A stretch of DNA of 64,000 nucleotides, from contig OW569363.1 of the NCBI GenBank assembly GCA_937625935.1, positions 310,001-374,000 of the forward strand, given 5' to 3'. The stretch's first letter is position 1. Each line of letters begins with the position of its first letter. Under the pieces are notes generated by a model that saw nothing but the letters and a program-made list of their open reading frames with translations, had not been told where the DNA came from and did no database searches. Shown piece by piece: positions 33,741-46,015 of this stretch. Made by a program: the position numbers and the translations under genes. The DNA comes from Tetramitus jugosus. Lineage: Eukaryota > Protista > Heterolobosea.

Positions 33741-34081
33741 AACAATTCTTGTTTTTCGCATAGTTTGCCCGCCAGGGCCAGAAAAAGATTAGGAGAGTAA
33801 TCTACAAGAGGTAGTAAGTACAGGCACCATACAACTATGTAGCGGAGGAGGAGTGAAGCACTACTCTTCCGTGGAGAATGAGGGAACGATTGCTCACATG
33901 CTGGTTGATAGGCTGAATGATCCGCTACTCTTCACCGTACATCATTTCAAAGCAGACGGAAAAGTCGTTTGGTGGCAGAAGTGGGGCAAGCCAGTGAAGG
34001 TCTTGCCGATCACTCAAAGACTCGAACTCAAACAGCATCACTCACAACAAAACAATTGAATAACCTTGTCCGAGAATATAA

Positions 34082-34498
34082 ATGTCTTCCTCCTCATCTG
34101 GATACTCCCTTCCTTGCTCTGCCCCAGAGGTCGTTGGTGGATTTGCTGTCGAGCCTAAAAGAAACTGTCCTCATGTTCTCCTGCCTGATAAGCACATTGC
34201 TGCCATCTCCACTGTAAATGAAGATGAACTAAAAAGATTGTACTTGGTCGCTGCACAATCCAAGTGTCAGCATCCCCATTGTGATGAACAGGATGAAAAT
34301 TGGCTCTGTTTACAATGTGGTGTACTTCTCTGCTCCAGATACAAGAATGCTCACATGGCTGATCACTGTGATCAAGATCAAGATGAATCTGCTAAGGATC
34401 ACTGTATAGCTGTCAGTATGAGTGATTTGAGCTTTTGGTGCTACAAGTGTGAATCCTATATTCAATCTCCAGTGTTGCAGTTTAAGCACAAGCGGTAA
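34082..34498 (+). CDS. Stand-alone ZnF-UBP (HDAC6-type ubiquitin-binding zinc finger) protein
   Basis: CPH...CQHPHC...ENWLCLQCGVLLCSRYKNAHMADH...HCIAVSMSDLSFWCYKCESYI. Confidence 0.85.
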   Translation: MSSSSSGYSLPCSAPEVVGGFAVEPKRNCPHVLLPDKHIAAISTVNEDELKRLYLVAAQSKCQHPHCDEQDENWLCLQCGVLLCSRYKNAHMADHCDQDQDESAKDHCIAVSMSDLSFWCYKCESYIQSPVLQFKHKR

Positions 34499-34581
34499 AA
34501 CAAGTGACCAGACCCAAAGAAGTACCGAAGAAAATGGTCAAGCTGTTCTGAGAAGTTTTGTTTCTTGTGGGGAGTGCAAGT

Positions 34582-36012
34582 TTATTGGATCGAACAATTG
34601 TTGTTCTTCTCTCTCTTTCTAGATTCAGACACTCGCCGATTAAATGCTTGTGGATCCTCTCTTTTCTGTTGCTCCTCTCTCTGTCTGCGTTGTGCATTGA
34701 GTTCAGATAGCTGCTCTGCCTGACCCATGTATCGATTGTTTCCCGAGGATTTGGGTGTTGTTGGTTTCATCATTTCTCTCTGTTGTCGAATCGTGGGTAA
34801 GGTACCGTGAGGTACCGAACTTGTATTCAAATCGACCATTGTTTGTCCATTGTTTGCACTCGGCACACTTCTGGTGGGTTGCTGTTGTGGATGGGCAGAA
34901 CTGGTGGAAGATGATCCGTTCAGTTGTCTCTGCTGTTCATTCTGCACAGCTGCTTGCTCCTGTCTCTGAAGCTGCATGGCCAATTCAAAATCCATCTGCT
35001 CTTCCTTTTCTTTCTGCAACCTTCTCTCCTCACTCATCTGTATCTGATTCATCACATCCTCGTGTCTCACCGTGTTCTGAAACAGTGAAAAATCACCGCG
35101 ACAATAAATGTTGTCTCCTGAAATGTCATCGATACGCTCCCACACCACATCCTCCTGATCTGCAAATCCCTCATCCGTGCACAACAAGTGCACTCGTCCA
35201 TTATATTTACAAATCGTAGCAAAGTGATTGTTTCGGAACAGAACAGCCAAATTGTGATCACCCAACACTTCGTGCAGTGCCAATAACCCCACTTCTGTCA
35301 TTTGACTCAGACTCGAATCCAAAAACTCTGATATCAACAATCCGTCTCTCTTAATCTTTTCTCTCTGCTCTACTGTATACTCCTCGAGTAGTGTTCGATT
35401 GTCCAATGAGCCATTCTCAGCAGCCATCACATCTCTCATCAAAAACACTTTTTCAACTGCTTGCGTATACGTGAGATCACCAATGGCTTGACTCAGTGCT
35501 TCATCCTGAGCATCGACAATCCATCCGTGAACAAGCTTTGTTTTCATGAGAGAAAAGATGCGAATTTCAGGTGTTTCTTCAAATTGGGTGCATCCATTGA
35601 AACGAACATTGACATTTAATCCGTCTTTAATCTCTGGTAATATGCCCAGTGCTTGTGAAATGTCCAACGTTGTCTCCTCAACATTCTTATTACTATTGTT
35701 CGTAATTTCTCCGTCATGAGCAGAGTTTTGTTGTTGTTGTTGTTTCTGTTGTTGTTGCTGTTGTTGTTGGGTAGAGTAGTCCAATAGATAGGAACCTAGG
35801 ATGTCAACGAGATGACTACTCGATACATATTGCTTGTTTGTGTTAATTCTCATATCTGTGCCTCTCAGTGTCAATGTGTTGACAATGGCCAACAGTGGAC
35901 ATGGACCATTTTTCGATTGGAGAATAATGGGGCAGCGACGAGTACCTAATTTGATCATTTTGATCAAGTATTGTTGTTCGATTGGTTGTTGTTGTTGTTG
36001 TTCCGCACTCAT
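34582..36012 (-). CDS. MINDY1/2-family deubiquitinase
   Basis: IILQSKNGPCPLLAI (catalytic Cys), LVHGWIVD, LFRNNHF (catalytic His), MIU-like DFELAMQLQ, C-terminal CaaX CSIQ. Confidence 0.92.
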   Translation of the reverse strand: MSAEQQQQQPIEQQYLIKMIKLGTRRCPIILQSKNGPCPLLAIVNTLTLRGTDMRINTNKQYVSSSHLVDILGSYLLDYSTQQQQQQQQKQQQQQNSAHDGEITNNSNKNVEETTLDISQALGILPEIKDGLNVNVRFNGCTQFEETPEIRIFSLMKTKLVHGWIVDAQDEALSQAIGDLTYTQAVEKVFLMRDVMAAENGSLDNRTLLEEYTVEQREKIKRDGLLISEFLDSSLSQMTEVGLLALHEVLGDHNLAVLFRNNHFATICKYNGRVHLLCTDEGFADQEDVVWERIDDISGDNIYCRGDFSLFQNTVRHEDVMNQIQMSEERRLQKEKEEQMDFELAMQLQRQEQAAVQNEQQRQLNGSSSTSSAHPQQQPTRSVPSANNGQTMVDLNTSSVPHGTLPTIRQQREMMKPTTPKSSGNNRYMGQAEQLSELNAQRRQREEQQKREDPQAFNRRVSESRKREKNNNCSIQ

Positions 36013-36261
36013 TTTGTTATTGTTGTTGTTGTTATTGTTACTGTTGTTGTTGCTGGTTTGATGATTGTGTGGTTTTTGTGCACAACAAAGGACTAGTTTC
36101 AGGAGCTTTTCGGGACTAAATTTAGCAGATGGACTCCAACATCGGGGAGAACTTACGAGTCAAAGGTGGAGATGTGGAAATGGAAGGGAATCTACAAAGG
36201 AATAAAGAGGATAAGAACACCTTCATGAACAGGCAACTTCACATAAATCTGAACCGAAATT

Positions 36262-36939
36262 TTACTTGTCAATGGTTGACCATGGGATTCGGCAGATGAT
36301 TAGACAACTCAACCAAAAGTAGAATGAGAAAAAGAATCCCAAGATCCACCGTACGATATCATAGCCCTTGCCGATGCCCAATGGCAGGTTGTGAAGCATA
36401 TCTGCAAAACTCCACATTTCTTCTAGGTCCAGGATATGAAAATGTGTACCATCGTCATTCATCTTGAAACTGTACACTAGCTGGGTTCTCAACGGATAAC
36501 TGTAACCTCTAAAAAACTTCAATTGATTCAAGTTCATGACTCCGTCCACAAAGCATCTTCCTTTGCTTGGATCCTTTGAATCCATGGCCACATTCAACTG
36601 ATAAATATCAAAGTTGAAGTAGAAGGAACAATGAAAACCCTTCGCTCCAACCTTGAACATCCGGATGCCCTTTGTAGTTTGCCATGGATCTCTGAAAGTG
36701 ATAGACTCATCCAAGTATGGCCAAACCTCCTTTCGCAACACACCTAATTTCACATCAGTGTCATACAGCCAATGAGTGAGTTTTGTGAAGATAGTGTCCA
36801 ACTCTTGAGTACTCATCGACTCACCATGAGGGGAGAATTGTCTATCTTTCAATAGAGGTTTCTTCTTCTCCTGGCTTTGAGACTTCTTCAGTTGTATTCT
36901 GTCCATCATTTTACCGATAGTCGTTTCACTCTGCTTCAT
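36262..36939 (-). CDS. NTF2/SnoaL-like fold protein with a C-terminal hydrophobic segment
   Basis: PYLDESITFRDPWQTTKG...ILDLEEMWS pattern; first ATG at 36939. Confidence 0.65.
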   Translation of the reverse strand: MKQSETTIGKMMDRIQLKKSQSQEKKKPLLKDRQFSPHGESMSTQELDTIFTKLTHWLYDTDVKLGVLRKEVWPYLDESITFRDPWQTTKGIRMFKVGAKGFHCSFYFNFDIYQLNVAMDSKDPSKGRCFVDGVMNLNQLKFFRGYSYPLRTQLVYSFKMNDDGTHFHILDLEEMWSFADMLHNLPLGIGKGYDIVRWILGFFFSFYFWLSCLIICRIPWSTIDK

Positions 36940-37105
36940 GGTTTCTTGAAGAATATTTCGTTTCAAAAAGCCCACACAAGCTCCCAGTAAAAGCTAAAAC
37001 TTATGAAGATGATTTCGTCATCTGGCTTGCAAACCTCAATAGGCGAGCGTTGAGGAGTTTACAGAGGAGCCAAAAATAGAAAAACAAAATTTTACAAGCT
37101 TTCAA

Positions 37106-37609
37106 TTAATTACAAAGAAACGATATCGATGCCTTGTACAATGTCGATTTGTACCGTTCCAAATGCTCTCCTCTGGATTCCAGTTTCCTAGTAGTTAGTG
37201 AATCCTTATCATTCACTATCTTGTTCTTATTCAACGTTGAGTCAATCTTTTCGATGTTGGGGGAGTTCGTCACCAATGTATGCTTGAACGTTGGGAACGA
37301 ATGTCTCTCTCTCTTTGGCCTAGTGTATGGGTAATGAACAAAATTGAGAACACCAGTTCTTGGCTTCGAAGACCGCTTTGGTTTAGTCATGCCAGAAGAA
37401 GGTGTATAAGTATCATCATTTGAAGGTTTTCTTGGAGGTGGTGACAGAGGGACGACCAATATTTTAAATGGTTGCGCCGGACAAGGTTTTTCTTTCGGAG
37501 TGTACATGTGATACAAGGTTTGAAATTCTTCGTGCATTGAACCATCTGGACCGTAATGCGAAAACCTCCATATTCTCTCTTGCTGTGATAGAGTGCTAGA
37601 AGTAGTCAT
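37106..37609 (-). CDS. Hypothetical low-complexity protein ending in an ISFLCN motif
   Basis: 167 aa ORF with an A/C-rich leader and a TTTTAAAA box upstream; no recognised domain. Confidence 0.55.
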   Translation of the reverse strand: MTTSSTLSQQERIWRFSHYGPDGSMHEEFQTLYHMYTPKEKPCPAQPFKILVVPLSPPPRKPSNDDTYTPSSGMTKPKRSSKPRTGVLNFVHYPYTRPKRERHSFPTFKHTLVTNSPNIEKIDSTLNKNKIVNDKDSLTTRKLESRGEHLERYKSTLYKASISFLCN

Positions 37610-38911
37610 TGTTGTTTGTTGTGTGGGTGTTAGATTGATTTGAATTGGGATGGTTTGGTAGAGAACAGACAGTGTTACACAGCCCTTTTAAAACAGCATG
37701 ACATGCTTGAGTGACTTGAGCTTGTCTACCCCTGCCTTCTTCTAAAAAGGAAAAGCCATTACAAATTCAATGGTAGCTACTTTCCTCCTCACAGAGAAAC
37801 AATCATCCACTATCACCAAAAAAGTAGGAATGCGGTAGATCCTCCTCGCCTCCGAAGACATCTTGGCTCACTTTCAGTACTCACTTTTCATTTTCTCTTT
37901 CTTCTGTGGGAAACGGAAACAATTGGACCGACGATCAGTGCTGCCGATATCAGACAGATCCAGACAAAGAGATGCATCCAAGCAATTTGGACCTTCCATT
38001 CTTTGCGACATGTTGAAGGCTACCAACCATAACAGAGAACAACAGCTATCAACAATACATGTTTGGAGAATTAGATTTTCTTCCAGCGCTGACAGCAAAT
38101 CAAACATCAACTTTCCACCCTAAAACGAGGAACAGTTGGGATGATTAAAGGATCCTCTCTTGTCATTACCTCAACGGGATTGGTACTTGACGATGAAAGA
38201 AGGATGATATGTGTAATTAAGGAATTTGTCTGTTGCCATCACTTACCTTCCCGAAATGACTTGTTTGGGAACGTACATGGCGTAGTGAATGACTGTGTTG
38301 TTGGTCATTTGTGGAGATTGAACTGAACAAGATTGTTGTCGTTGTTAGGATAAGAAGAATGGTGATCATTCGAGCTCGAATTTTGGTAGGCATCTGTTCA
38401 CGATTGCTTACTCAACTTTGAACAGTTGCTGATTATCGGTTTATCACTTCCTCAGTTGTTAGGCCACGGATTTTTAGGACTTACAGTTCAACCAGTTCCT
38501 TGGCGCCAGAAGAGATACTTTGGCAACTGATTTTCTTGTTCTTGTATGACTTTCTCAGGGATCAGCTCCATGTTTAAATCAAAAAGAGCCTTAAGCGACG
38601 TACTTCGAAGCTTGCTCGATCACAATGATCACACTAGATCTTCTAGTGAGATGGATATTATACTTTTCTCAAGAGCATTTGGCTTTCTCTGTACCGAATC
38701 ATGAAATAGTTTCAAAGAACGGAGATCACCCATTTCGCTTTGCGCTTTACAATTTCAATACTCCGAAAATGACGGGCTGGATAGAATATCCGATTTCTGT
38801 GAGTCACACAGCGACTTTTCCACGCGTGTTTCTGCTCTTCACACGCGTTGTTCTGTGAGTGAGAAAAATCACACACAACGCACGTGAAAACAAAATCGCT
38901 TCCACAAACAA

Positions 38912-40360
38912 ATGGCTTTGAGACAACTTGGTAGATTTGCCGTCAAGCAACAACAAACTAAACATATCAATGCTCTCCCATTGATCTCCATGAGACACAA
39001 GTCAACTGAACACAAGTTTGATATTGATGCTGTAAGTAGACATTTGACTTTTTTTTCTATCGTCTATGTTGTGAATGATGAGATGGACCAATGAGTCCAT
39101 TTGATTTTTTCAGTGATCACATCCACAACATTTTTTCCACAATGTCCACCACAACACGAAAGCTAAACCCTGATTTTTTTTTGTTGTTTTTTGATTGAAC
39201 CTCTCTACACATGGACAACCGAAAACACAAATTCACCATTCCCAAAGACAACTGCCTTCCAAATCCATAGACCACAAAATGAGCTTGGTGAGGCTTTCAC
39301 TGGCCCAAACAACTACACAACTGCAACCAAGGAAGAATTGTTGCAAATGTACAAATTGATGGCATTGATCAGAAGATTTGAACTTGCTTCCGATTTGCAA
39401 TACAAGGAGAGAAAGATTAGAGGTTTCTGCCACTTGTACTCTGGTCAAGAAGCTGTTTGCACAGGTATTGAATTTGCAATCACAAAAGAAGACGCAATCA
39501 TTACTGCCTACAGAGATCACGGATATCAATTGGTTCGTGGTGACACTGCTGACAGAACCATGGCTGAATTGTTTGGTAAGTATGGTGGATGCTCCAAGGG
39601 TAAGGGTGGCTCTATGCACATGTACCTCAAGGAAAAGAACTTTTATGGTGGAAATGGTATTGTTGGTGCTCAAGTGCCAGTCGGTGCCGGTCTAGCCATG
39701 GGTCTCCAATACAAGCACAAGTTGGCCAACAAGGACAGCACAAAGAATAGCACCAATGTTGCTTTTGCCATGTATGGTGATGGTGCATCCAACCAAGGTC
39801 AAGTCTTTGAAGCATTCAACATGGCCAAGTTGTGGAAGCTCCCAGTCATCTTTGTCTGTGAGAACAACAAGTATGGTATGGGTACATCTGTTCAGAGATC
39901 ATCTGGATCTACTGAGTATTACAAGAGAGGTGACTACATTCCTGGTATTCGTGTCGACGGTATGGATATCTTTGCTGTCAAGGAAGCCACCAGATATGCC
40001 AAGGAGTATGCAACCACTCACGGTCCTCTTGTCATGGAAATGGAAACCTACAGATACTATGGTCACAGTATGTCCGATCCTGGTATCACATACAGAAGTC
40101 GTGATGAGATCCAAGAGGTCAGAAAGCACAGAGACCCAATTGTCAGAATGAAGAACAGAATCATTGAAGCTGGTATTGTCACTGAGGAAGAATTGAAGGA
40201 GATTGACAAACAAATTAAGCAAGAAGTTGACGCTTCTGTCAAATTCTCTGAGGAGTCCCCACTCCCACCTGCTCACGAATTGGTCACCGATATTTATGTT
40301 GACAAGCAATACACTGTCAAGGGTAGACACGCCCAAGAGATTTTCAATGTGAGCCAATAA
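38912..40360 (+). CDS. PDHA1: Pyruvate dehydrogenase E1 alpha, mitochondrial; exons 38912-39031, 39248-40360
   Basis: [45 protein letters not shown]; phase-0 intron; presequence. Confidence 0.97.
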
Positions 40361-40785
40361 GCACTCAAGCGCTCAACTGTACCGTGGTGATGAGATGGTA
40401 AAGTACACAATGTCCTATCGTAATATCCATAGCATAAACGGCAAAGTTTTTTGTTTTAATTTCTGGCCAGCAGTTGCTTGGTTCTAGCTTGCACATCCAG
40501 CACTAATAATAATAGCAAATCGATGATTGTTCAATCCAATAGCTTCACCTTTCACGCTTGCGCATCACAGTGGGCAACCAAGGATGCCAGCAAGTCTGTT
40601 GATGCTCAGGCCTTGGAGGTGCTATTTTTGTTTTTCCCATCATCCGGCGGGCTTTGCTGACGTTCTGGCAAGAGCAAAAGGCCAAGCTTTTTATTTTTGA
40701 ATTCTCTTTTCAACACAAAAAAAACCAACACACGACCAAGCATTAACACAAACATACACACAAATCGTTGTCCAAAACACACAAT

Positions 40786-42208
40786 ATGCGAAGTACGTCA
40801 TTGAATTTGCTCCAAAGAGTCTCCGTGAAGCGGAATGTGATGAACTATAGCTGGACCAATCATTTTCAAACTGTAAACAAGAAACCAAGACGACCTTCTG
40901 AAGAGCAGTTACACCATGCCTTTTCAACTCTTCACGGTTATCATCAACAACAACAGTTGATTGTTCCACCAAACGTGCTCAACTCTGCTTATGCCGCTTC
41001 TCCATTAGCGTCTCACTTACCAAAAACGGCCAAGATTATTGAGGTTGGACCACGTGATGGTCTTCAAAATGAAAAGAAGCTCGTACCAACTGACGTCAAA
41101 ATTGAATTGATTAATCGTTTGAGCGAGACTGGTCTCAAGGTGATTGAAGCCACATCATTCGTCTCCCCCAAGTGGGTGCCACAGGTAAGCTTTTTTTTTC
41201 AGCGGTTCATTTTCCTGGTGGGGGTTTGCTCACACGGGCGTAGTCCCCTCGGGGTAATTTTTTTGTTGATTTTGATTGGGGATTTTTGTGGCTCACCTTT
41301 TTTTTTTCGCGCACTTTTTTGTTGCATCGTAGATGGGTGACAATGCGGATGTATATCAAGGTATTGACAGAAGATCAGGAGTGTCTTATCCTGTGCTCAC
41401 ACCAAATATCAAAGGACTAGAGAAGGCACTAGAGTGTGGTGTCGAAGAGATTGCCATCTTTTTGGCTGCTAGTAACAGCTTTTCGTTGAAGAATATTAAC
41501 TGTACAATTGAAGAGAGTGTTCAACGGTATAAGGAAGTGGCTGATTTTGCTCATCAGAACAAACTGAGAGTCAGAGGTTATGTCAGCTGTGTCGGTGGAT
41601 GTCCCTATGAAGGATACATTCCCCCTGAGCAAGTAGAGCTCGTTTCCAGACACTTGATTGAAGATATGGGATGTTATGAGGTGAGTTTGGGAGATACGAT
41701 TGGTACTGCTACTCCTGGAACTACACTTGTCGTTCTTCAACAAGTCATGAAGACGATACCGGCAGACAAGATTGCAGTTCATTTCCACAATACCTATGGT
41801 CAAGCATTGGCCAATATTGCTCTCGCTCTGCAAATGGGTGTGTCTGCAATTGACAGCAGTGTTGCTGGATTGGGTGGATGCCCCTATGCCAAGGGTGCTA
41901 GTGGAAACATTGCTACTGAAGATGTTGTTTACATGCTGCATGGTATGGGCATTAGCACTGGTGTTGATTTGGACAAATTGATTGATGCAGGTAACTATAT
42001 CAGCACGTTCTTGAACCGTCAGAACAACTCCAAGGTGGCCATTGCTGTTCTCGCAAAGAGAGAAGAGGCAATGAAGAGACAACAAAATCAAGATGATCAA
42101 CAGCAACAACAACAGCAGCAACAAAAGAGGAGAGATCCGTTTGTTGAAGCTGTGTTGCAGAATGGATCATCGGCGACTCAGTCATCAAGGCTCTCCGCCT
42201 GTGTTTGA
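40786..42208 (+). CDS. HMGCL: HMG-CoA lyase; exons 40786-41184, 41333-42208
   Basis: [20 protein letters not shown]|[36 protein letters not shown]. Confidence 0.96.
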
Positions 42209-42713
42209 GTTCGCTACAGCCGAATAACACGTTTCGAATAATTGGAACTTCTGGATAAACAGAACAGAGCGCGTGGGCTATCGTGTCTTTCGGACACATT
42301 GCATCCAAAACAAAATGCACAATGCATAAGCTCCGCAATAGCTCCAAGGAGAACCTATCAATGAATATGCTCTGGTTAAGAGCGATTCTTTTCAAATACT
42401 GTAAAATATAACAATTTTCTCATGTAAACAACCGATTTCAAATATTTTTTGCATCACCTCATGTCAACCCACATTGCAATTCTTTCGCAAGGAGATAACT
42501 GTGTGAAAATATACCGGTCTCACAAGAGCATCTTTATTCTCAAATCACTTCCGATCTCGAATCGGTCATACCACACTCATTGAGAAATATGGGTGATTCG
42601 AATAGGAAAGGAACATAGCTAAAGTGGCATTAAAACAGTCCTGAGAGGTAGAAGATACTCACTGCCTACTCAGATTCAAAACGTGTCAGATATACATTCA
42701 TAATTTTCGTGTT

Positions 42714-43589
42714 TTATTGCTCTGGTTCCACATTAGGACTCCCACGCCATAGTTCTTTAATGATCTTGTGCTCTCGCATGTGCTCTTCCACCAGTCGTTT
42801 CGCATCTAGCTCATTCACATTTCCATACCAATCACCTCTCACCTGTCCAGATTGAGCATTCATCTGATAGATGATCACATTGGCAGCAAACTTGTGCCCT
42901 CCAACATGTGTTACTTTTCGAATGGTTGCTTTGAGGGGTTCAGAGCTCTTAATTGCATCCGATAAGGCATCTATCACCTTGGGTCCACATACTCCACACC
43001 TCATATCTCTCTTTGAGTGAGCACACACAAAGATTTGTGCTTCATCACTTGGAATATTCTCCTTTTTGAGCACGGTGGTTGAGCTTGTTCCTTCGTTGTT
43101 CAAGCTACAAACATCTTGAACCAACAAGTCAATATCACTCTCCTTCAGACCAGTGTACCGTACCATCTCAGGCAACACCAGAACTGTATACTCAGATTCA
43201 GATGATGCATCACCAAGATCTGATGGCGCCATTTCAGCATAGGAAACAATCGATAACATTTGCTTCTGCTTCTTCAGACTCAGTTTCAACGAGTGAGCAA
43301 ACCCTTCATTCTCAAACATCTTTGACCATTCAGATGACTTTTCCTTAGTGAGAACAAACAAGTGTTGTTTGTGAACTTGCATAGCAGCTAATGGATCTTG
43401 CTTGAAATCCGGCCTCGAGAATCCATATTGGCATTCGCATGCGTTGAACTCCTCATTGCTCTTGGTGTTGGATTGACCATGGAACAGAGAACTATGAAAG
43501 AATCTCTTGTTTGAAGTTGTTGCAACAGAGGCAATATGAAACAGTGGTCTACGACGAGCAGTCAGCAGTGCACACATTTTACTTTGCAT
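42714..43589 (-). CDS. Thioredoxin-like [2Fe-2S] ferredoxin (Apd1/Aim32 family)
   Basis: FVCAHSKRDMRCGVCG, HVGGHKFAANVIIY, WYG; start uncertain (43589 or 43577). Confidence 0.9.
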   Translation of the reverse strand: MQSKMCALLTARRRPLFHIASVATTSNKRFFHSSLFHGQSNTKSNEEFNACECQYGFSRPDFKQDPLAAMQVHKQHLFVLTKEKSSEWSKMFENEGFAHSLKLSLKKQKQMLSIVSYAEMAPSDLGDASSESEYTVLVLPEMVRYTGLKESDIDLLVQDVCSLNNEGTSSTTVLKKENIPSDEAQIFVCAHSKRDMRCGVCGPKVIDALSDAIKSSEPLKATIRKVTHVGGHKFAANVIIYQMNAQSGQVRGDWYGNVNELDAKRLVEEHMREHKIIKELWRGSPNVEPEQ

Positions 43590-43704
43590 GATTGGTGAGC
43601 TTTCGTTTTCCCTCGCAATACCCCGACAGAGCGGAAGAACTCCCCTGTGAGATCCCAAGCAATCGACATTCAGAAAAAAAAAACACAAAACACAAAACAC
43701 CATA

Positions 43705-44850
43705 ATGAATCGTCAACACTTGACTCACATTCTGACAAAGGCTGTCAAGAAGCCAATCGCCAACAACAATGGAATTAACACCTTGTTGAACCAATCTCGT
43801 AGTATGACCCATCAACCTTCAAACACCTCATCATCAATCCTCTTGCCAAAGAGTGTTGGTGTGATTGGTGCTGGTCAAATGGGATCTGGTATTGCCTACG
43901 TTAGTGCAGTCAATGCAAAGATTCCTGTTTTGATTATGGATCCAAATGAGACTCAATTGAACGCTGCTCTCAAGAATATCAGTATGTGTTGTTTCGAAGC
44001 TCTGCTCACACATGCGAGTAGTCGCTGTCGTTGTTTTTGAGATTTCGCTTTAGAATTTATGGCGCTCAGTTTTGGCGCCAAAAAACAAGTTGTATGCATG
44101 CTTACAATTTTAATGATATTTTTAATAGGGGATATCTTGGACAAGAAGGTGAAGAAGAACCAGATCACTGAACAAGAAAAGGACGAAGCTTTGAGCACTC
44201 GTATCAAGACTACTACTAAATTGTCTGATTTCTGTGATACTCCATTTGTGATTGAGGCTGCTACTGAGAACACTGTGCTAAAGCAAGACATTTTCAAGCA
44301 ATTGAGCTTGGTGACTGATCCAGCAAACACCATTCTTGCCACAAACACCAGCAGCATCTCCATTACTCTGCTCGGTGGTCAAACTCAAAATCCAGCCAAC
44401 GTTATTGGAATGCACTTTATGAACCCTGTTCCTGTGATGAAGCTCGTTGAAGTTATCAACGGATTGGCTACAAGCAATGAAACTTTTGAGATTACACTTG
44501 CTCTTGCAAAGTCAATGGGAAAGGTGACCACCGTGAGCAAGGACAGCCCAGGATTCATTGCCAACCGTATCCTGATGCCATACATTAATGAAGCTATCCA
44601 GTGCAGACACGAGGGTATTGCTTCTGTTGAGGATATTGATGAGACCATGAGAGGAGGCACAAATGTTCCTATGGGTCCATTGACTCTGGCTGATTTCATT
44701 GGTCTTGACACCTGTTTGGCCATCATGAGAGTTTTGCACACCGAATTCGGTGACAGCAAGTACAGACCAAGTCCATTGCTGGTTAAGATGGTTGAAGCTG
44801 GTTGGTTGGGCAAGAAGACTGGCAAGGGATTCTATACTTATGACAAATAA
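43705..44850 (+). CDS. 3-hydroxybutyryl-CoA / 3-hydroxyacyl-CoA dehydrogenase; exons 43705-43981, 44129-44850
   Basis: GVIGAGQMGSGIA, IEAATE, LATNTSSISIT, GMHFMNPVPVMKLVE, DSPGFIANRIL, PMGPLTLADFIGLD. Confidence 0.95.
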
Positions 44851-44993
44851 AGCAGTGCTCAGCAGTCCTGTCATTCACAGTCCCTTCTCTAAAGGAGAGC
44901 CCAAATTCCACTACAGTCGTTCATCGATGTGTCGGATAATGTAATAATACTACGACTACCTTCTAATCGTTCGGTATTGCTCTCAGGAACTCG

Positions 44994-46001
44994 ATGTCAA
45001 CAGCCCGACAAGAGAGTGGTAGAAGAAAAGCTATGAGTAACAGCAACATCAACAGCGGCGTGAGTGGTTTACCAAGGAAGAGCTCGATAAATCCCAGTGC
45101 GTTCATAATCAAGGTGAAACTAGGAACCAAACTGGCAAATCTCACCATTGATCAAACCAAGCCTCTCAGTTCCTTTGCAATCTCATTTGCTCTCAAGTTT
45201 ACAGCGGAACAACGATTGTTTCTCAAGGTGAATGCCCTAAAATTGATTGAGAGTGGAGAGATCAATATTACTGAAGGAGAAGTGATCCCTATGTGTGATG
45301 ATCTAGAAATACAGAACAATGATGGACCTACAATAGTAGCTCTAAGAGATATGAAGAGATTAGTGAAAGGTGGAGTGTATGAACTGGTGATTTCAGATAA
45401 GCGTGAAGAGTATTCATCACAGCTAACAGAGCAAGAGTTATCCGATATTAAGAGTCATTTTAATTCGATGGATTTGGATCAGAATGGAGTGTTGACAACA
45501 GATGAAGGTTCGTTTATAATATTGTTTTGACTTGTACTACACAGAGGATTAATTGTTGATTGACATACAATTGCTCCATCCATAGTTGTCGAGTATTATA
45601 GGAAGGAGATGGAGAAGAATGTTACAATGACAAAGAAGATAACAGACAGAAAAATACAGTTAGATCCCATGCGAAGAGAGAAGTACTTGAGCGATTTCAA
45701 TGCTCGACAGAGCTTTTATAAGAACATGTTGGATCAGAATGTCAAATTCTTCATGCAGATCGATTCTGACGCTTCAGGAAGTATCAGTTGGCAAGAATTC
45801 TTGGCTCACGCAGCAAGGTAAGTACTATTGAACAACAACAGAAGGTCTCAAACACATTTTAACTTGTTGTTGAACCATCGTAGACAAAAGATTAGAGAGA
45901 GGAGTCAAGGAAATCGAGAAAAAGATATAAACAACGATATTGCTCGAGAGTTGGAGAAGGAGAGAGCTCGAACAAATAGAGCGAACAAATTGAAGCGATA
46001 G
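44994..46001 (+). CDS. EF-hand protein; exons 44994-45507, 45586-45817, 45884-46001
   Basis: DLDQNGVLTTDE and DSDASGSISWQE EF-hand loops; two phase-compatible GT-AG introns. Confidence 0.75.
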
Positions 46002-46015
46002 AAATAAATATTGGT

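Noticed and set aside
33839-33930. U3 snoRNA, RNase P/MRP or SRP RNA identity for the structured segment
   Set aside because: Only isolated box-like words (GTGAAG, CTGA, GGATCATT) on inconsistent strands; the required order and conserved regions are missing
37610-38911. Unusually long (1.3 kb) intergenic region with short ORFs
   Set aside because: No coherent coding signal, RNA motif or repeat recognised; most likely divergent promoter sequence
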